Source: Adineta vaga (Eukaryota > Animalia > Rotifera). From it: 64,000 bases of DNA. The notes beneath the pieces were generated by a model. That model worked only from the letters and a program-made list of their open reading frames with translations. It had not been told where the DNA came from and did no database searches. Location of the stretch: contig CP075497.1 in the NCBI GenBank assembly GCA_021613535.1, positions 62,001 to 126,000 on the forward strand, given 5' to 3'. Of the stretch, positions 63,801 to 64,000 are shown piece after piece; position 1 is the stretch's first letter, and every line of letters starts with the position of its first letter. The position numbers and the translations under genes are program-made.

Positions 63801-64000
63801 GAGAAATGATCTTTACTTCATTATCATGTCTCCAACATTTTCATATATCGCAGACAATCACGAAATTGAATCTTCGGGTCAATCACATTATCGATAGGGG
63901 CGTGAAACATATAAGTGAAGCTCTCAAAATCAATCATGTAAGAGAAATTCTTCGAATAGCGATTAGATGGAGTGATTTCATGTATGTCTTCTAGACAATC
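60890..64000 (+). CDS. F-box + RI-like leucine-rich-repeat protein, many ~84-nt exons, runs off the window
   Basis: LHTLPIELVYRILDFL F-box; repeated phase-0 exons of type TLxxLdLxxNxIgDxGxxxLaxxLkxN separated by ~55-65 bp introns. Confidence 0.85.

Noticed and set aside
1-64000. Prokaryotic systems (retron, DGR, CRISPR, defence island) suggested by RT + nuclease + dynamin
   Set aside because: Spliceosomal introns, telomeric repeats and Penelope-type RT motifs show a eukaryotic context. No tRNA or rRNA genes were recognised.

Overview
AT-rich eukaryotic DNA with many ~55-80 bp introns and (TGTGGG)n/(CCCACA)n repeats. It is most consistent with a subtelomeric or formerly telomeric region of a bdelloid rotifer; this is inferred from the repeat unit, Athena-type elements and gene families. 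Bases 1-13.4 kb are the 3' part of a Terminon-like giant Athena (endonuclease-less Penelope-like) retroelement. It carries a catalytically degenerate geminivirus-like Rep, a coiled-coil/dead-RT fusion, an intact DEDDy exonuclease, an RT-less coiled-coil ORF and two hammerhead-ribozyme (HHR) pLTRs abutting a C-rich telomeric tract. Bases 13.8-33 kb hold a divergently transcribed pair of ~930-aa atypical dynamin-family GTPase genes with kb-long, TE-filled introns. Next come a 3'-defective hAT transposon, two 5'-truncated Athena RT copies with HHRs, and a stack of five different HHR-bearing 3' ends mostly separated by telomeric remnants (49.66-50.56 kb). The rest is host or foreign-like genes: DUF6973-like secreted protein, EGF/7TM pseudogenes, papain-like protease, ART-NHL pseudogene, aldo-keto reductase, F-box and F-box/LRR. 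The most unusual signal is a recurrent (TGTGGG)n-short spacer-(CCCACA)n head-to-head telomeric scar, about 7 copies, one joining two 5'-truncated paralogous genes. Telomeric tracts often start from a (T)GAGGG seed, and the spacers resemble the HHR 3' cleavage product of Athena pLTRs. All exon structures were read manually and no searches were run.
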